From positions 1 to 34,143 of the IMG/VR virus record IMGVR_UViG_3300025158_000045: a DNA stretch of 34,143 nucleotides; one strand, written 5' to 3'. Numbering within the stretch: the first letter of the stretch is position 1; the number at the start of each line of letters is the position of its first letter. The notes under the pieces are model-generated. The model did not search any database and was not told the DNA's origin. It saw nothing but the letters and a program-made list of their open reading frames with translations. Positions 32,841 through 34,143 of the stretch are shown here, piece by piece. A program made the translations under genes and the position numbers. Origin of the DNA: a virus. Lineage: Duplodnaviria > Caudoviricetes.

Positions 32841-34143
32841 TTTATCATACTCAGTAATTTGGAGTTAAATTCTATTTTGGGCGTATTATAATAGCACATC
32901 ATAACAGCGTCTGCTAAATTCGGCGACTTTGATTCATTAGGTGCTTTGTCTATTACTATTTTTGATGCGCCATTTTTTGAATATGTAGGTTGAGATAACT
33001 CAATAATAAGTTTGTTTAAATTCGGCATCTTTGAATTAATGGATATTAACTCGTCTTTGTCATAGTCTGCGCACTCAGTCACTGCGCGATATGTTTTCTG
33101 GAACCGCATTCGCAGTCCCCACCAAACCTGAGCCTTTAAATTTGCGAATAAATCTTTATTGGCGTTTTTATCATCAAATTCCTTTTTCTTGGGATTCATT
33201 ATACCTCCAGAGCTTCTGAAGGGATAAAATCTTACTCTTTCAGCCAACTTTGTGTCTTTTTGTGCTACGCGCTCATCTCCACGAACACCTGTCCCCAATC
33301 CTTCGCAATCGTAATTTATGTGAAAACAATTATTTCTTTTTGATTCGTCAATTGCGCGTTCGACCGTATAAAAAATATCACTCCCTTTGCCGCTCCACTC
33401 GTCTACGTAAATTATTTGTATTCCTTTTCTGATTGCTATAGCGTTTAAATCCTTGCCCTCATCAGCCAAATCAAAACCTGCGCGTTCTGGACCGCTGATT
33501 TCAAATCCTAGTTTTATATGCGAATCAACAGCGGCATTTACCCACGCGCTCGGAATCAATACACCCTCCACAGACGCTGAATAATCTAAGTCGACCTCTT
33601 GAGCAAGCGTAACAGGGTCAAGGTTTTTTTTAATTTCCTCGTACCACTCTTGTGATTTTCTTGGGTCGTCTCGCCAGTTGACTGTAAAAACGCGTACTTT
33701 TCCTGAGTGCCTTTTTTCTGCAAATGGGTTTCCCATCCCTTTTGGCGTTGATACGTCAATCCTGCAATTCGTTGTGTTAGATAAGCTTGCCTCGATTAAA
33801 TGCGGACGCTCAATGTGCGCAGCCTCGTCTATACAATATGCGCTCGTTCTGTCGCCACGCCCGATATTATCCCCTGCCTCGCCTGTTATTTTTGAACCAG
33901 TAGCCGGTATGTGAATTAGCAACAACTTGCTGCACGTATTTCTATCAAATCCGCCGCGCAACTCAACGGGAAGATTTTCAAGAAAAAATCGAGAGCGTTC
34001 AAAAATAGATTTTTGGTCACCAATTTTATCAACATATTCTTGTTTTCGAGAGCCAAAACCAAAAATTATATTATTATTAAATAACGCAAGGCTACAAAAC
34101 GTAGCAATGCACACCCAGCTCACCCCCATGTCGCGCGATTTTA
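32837..34143 (-). CDS. terL: Terminase large subunit, C-terminal part
   Basis: GRGDR, Walker B YCIDEAAH, VSTPKG, GFDLADEGKD, SPNLADA nuclease motifs. Confidence 0.95.
   Translation of the reverse strand, partial: KSRDMGVSWVCIATFCSLALFNNNIIFGFGSRKQEYVDKIGDQKSIFERSRFFLENLPVELRGGFDRNTCSKLLLIHIPATGSKITGEAGDNIGRGDRTSAYCIDEAAHIERPHLIEASLSNTTNCRIDVSTPKGMGNPFAEKRHSGKVRVFTVNWRDDPRKSQEWYEEIKKNLDPVTLAQEVDLDYSASVEGVLIPSAWVNAAVDSHIKLGFEISGPERAGFDLADEGKDLNAIAIRKGIQIIYVDEWSGKGSDIFYTVERAIDESKRNNCFHINYDCEGLGTGVRGDERVAQKDTKLAERVRFYPFRSSGGIMNPKKKEFDDKNANKDLFANLKAQVWWGLRMRFQKTYRAVTECADYDKDELISINSKMPNLNKLIIELSQPTYSKNGASKIVIDKAPNESKSPNLADAVMMCYYNTPKIEFNSKLLSMIN
34017..34142. repeat. Terminal direct repeat, right copy
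   Basis: Identical to 2-127. Confidence 0.95.

Noticed and set aside
10451-33914. Numerous short opposite-strand or alternate-frame ORFs (e.g. 10451..10777, 16117..16350, 24236..24511, 29455..29925, 33678..33914)
   Set aside because: They overlap well-supported genes, have shadow-like S/F/L-rich composition and lack RBSs.

Overview
This window is an apparently complete, circularly permuted genome (about 34,015 bp unit length) of an AT-rich tailed phage. Bases 2-127 are repeated exactly at 34017-34142, and the join runs through the terminase large subunit gene. The morphogenesis genes on the minus strand resemble Bcep781/Aaphi23/Obolenskvirus-type myoviruses: DUF1073 portal, MuF, DUF2213 protease/scaffold, DUF2184 capsid, DUF4054, DUF3383 sheath, tube, frameshifted chaperone, short tape measure, baseplate and tail fibre. 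These are followed by a lysozyme and holin-like genes. The early region (about 1.5-10.9 kb) has two back-to-back promoter pairs, a lambda-O-like initiator with an internal iteron origin, a putative helicase loader, a VRR-NUC nuclease, a YqaJ exonuclease, putative SSAP and SSB genes, and many small ORFans. I recognised no integrase, CI-like repressor, tRNA, CRISPR array or reverse transcriptase. The most unusual items are: (1) a five-gene accessory structural cassette headed by a second copy of the capsid decoration protein with a repeat-bearing C-terminal tail, a possible head-fibre system; (2) palindromic, double-GATC iterons separated by C7-C9 tracts; (3) two mosaic genes sharing near-identical DNA anchors that bracket the recombination genes; (4) a stand-alone STAS-like (DUF4325) gene; (5) a KRANFARNA-motif protein between terS and terL; (6) two early genes missed by the ORF track, one with a slippery -1 site and one with an in-frame TGA. 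All family calls are from motif recognition and synteny; no searches were run.
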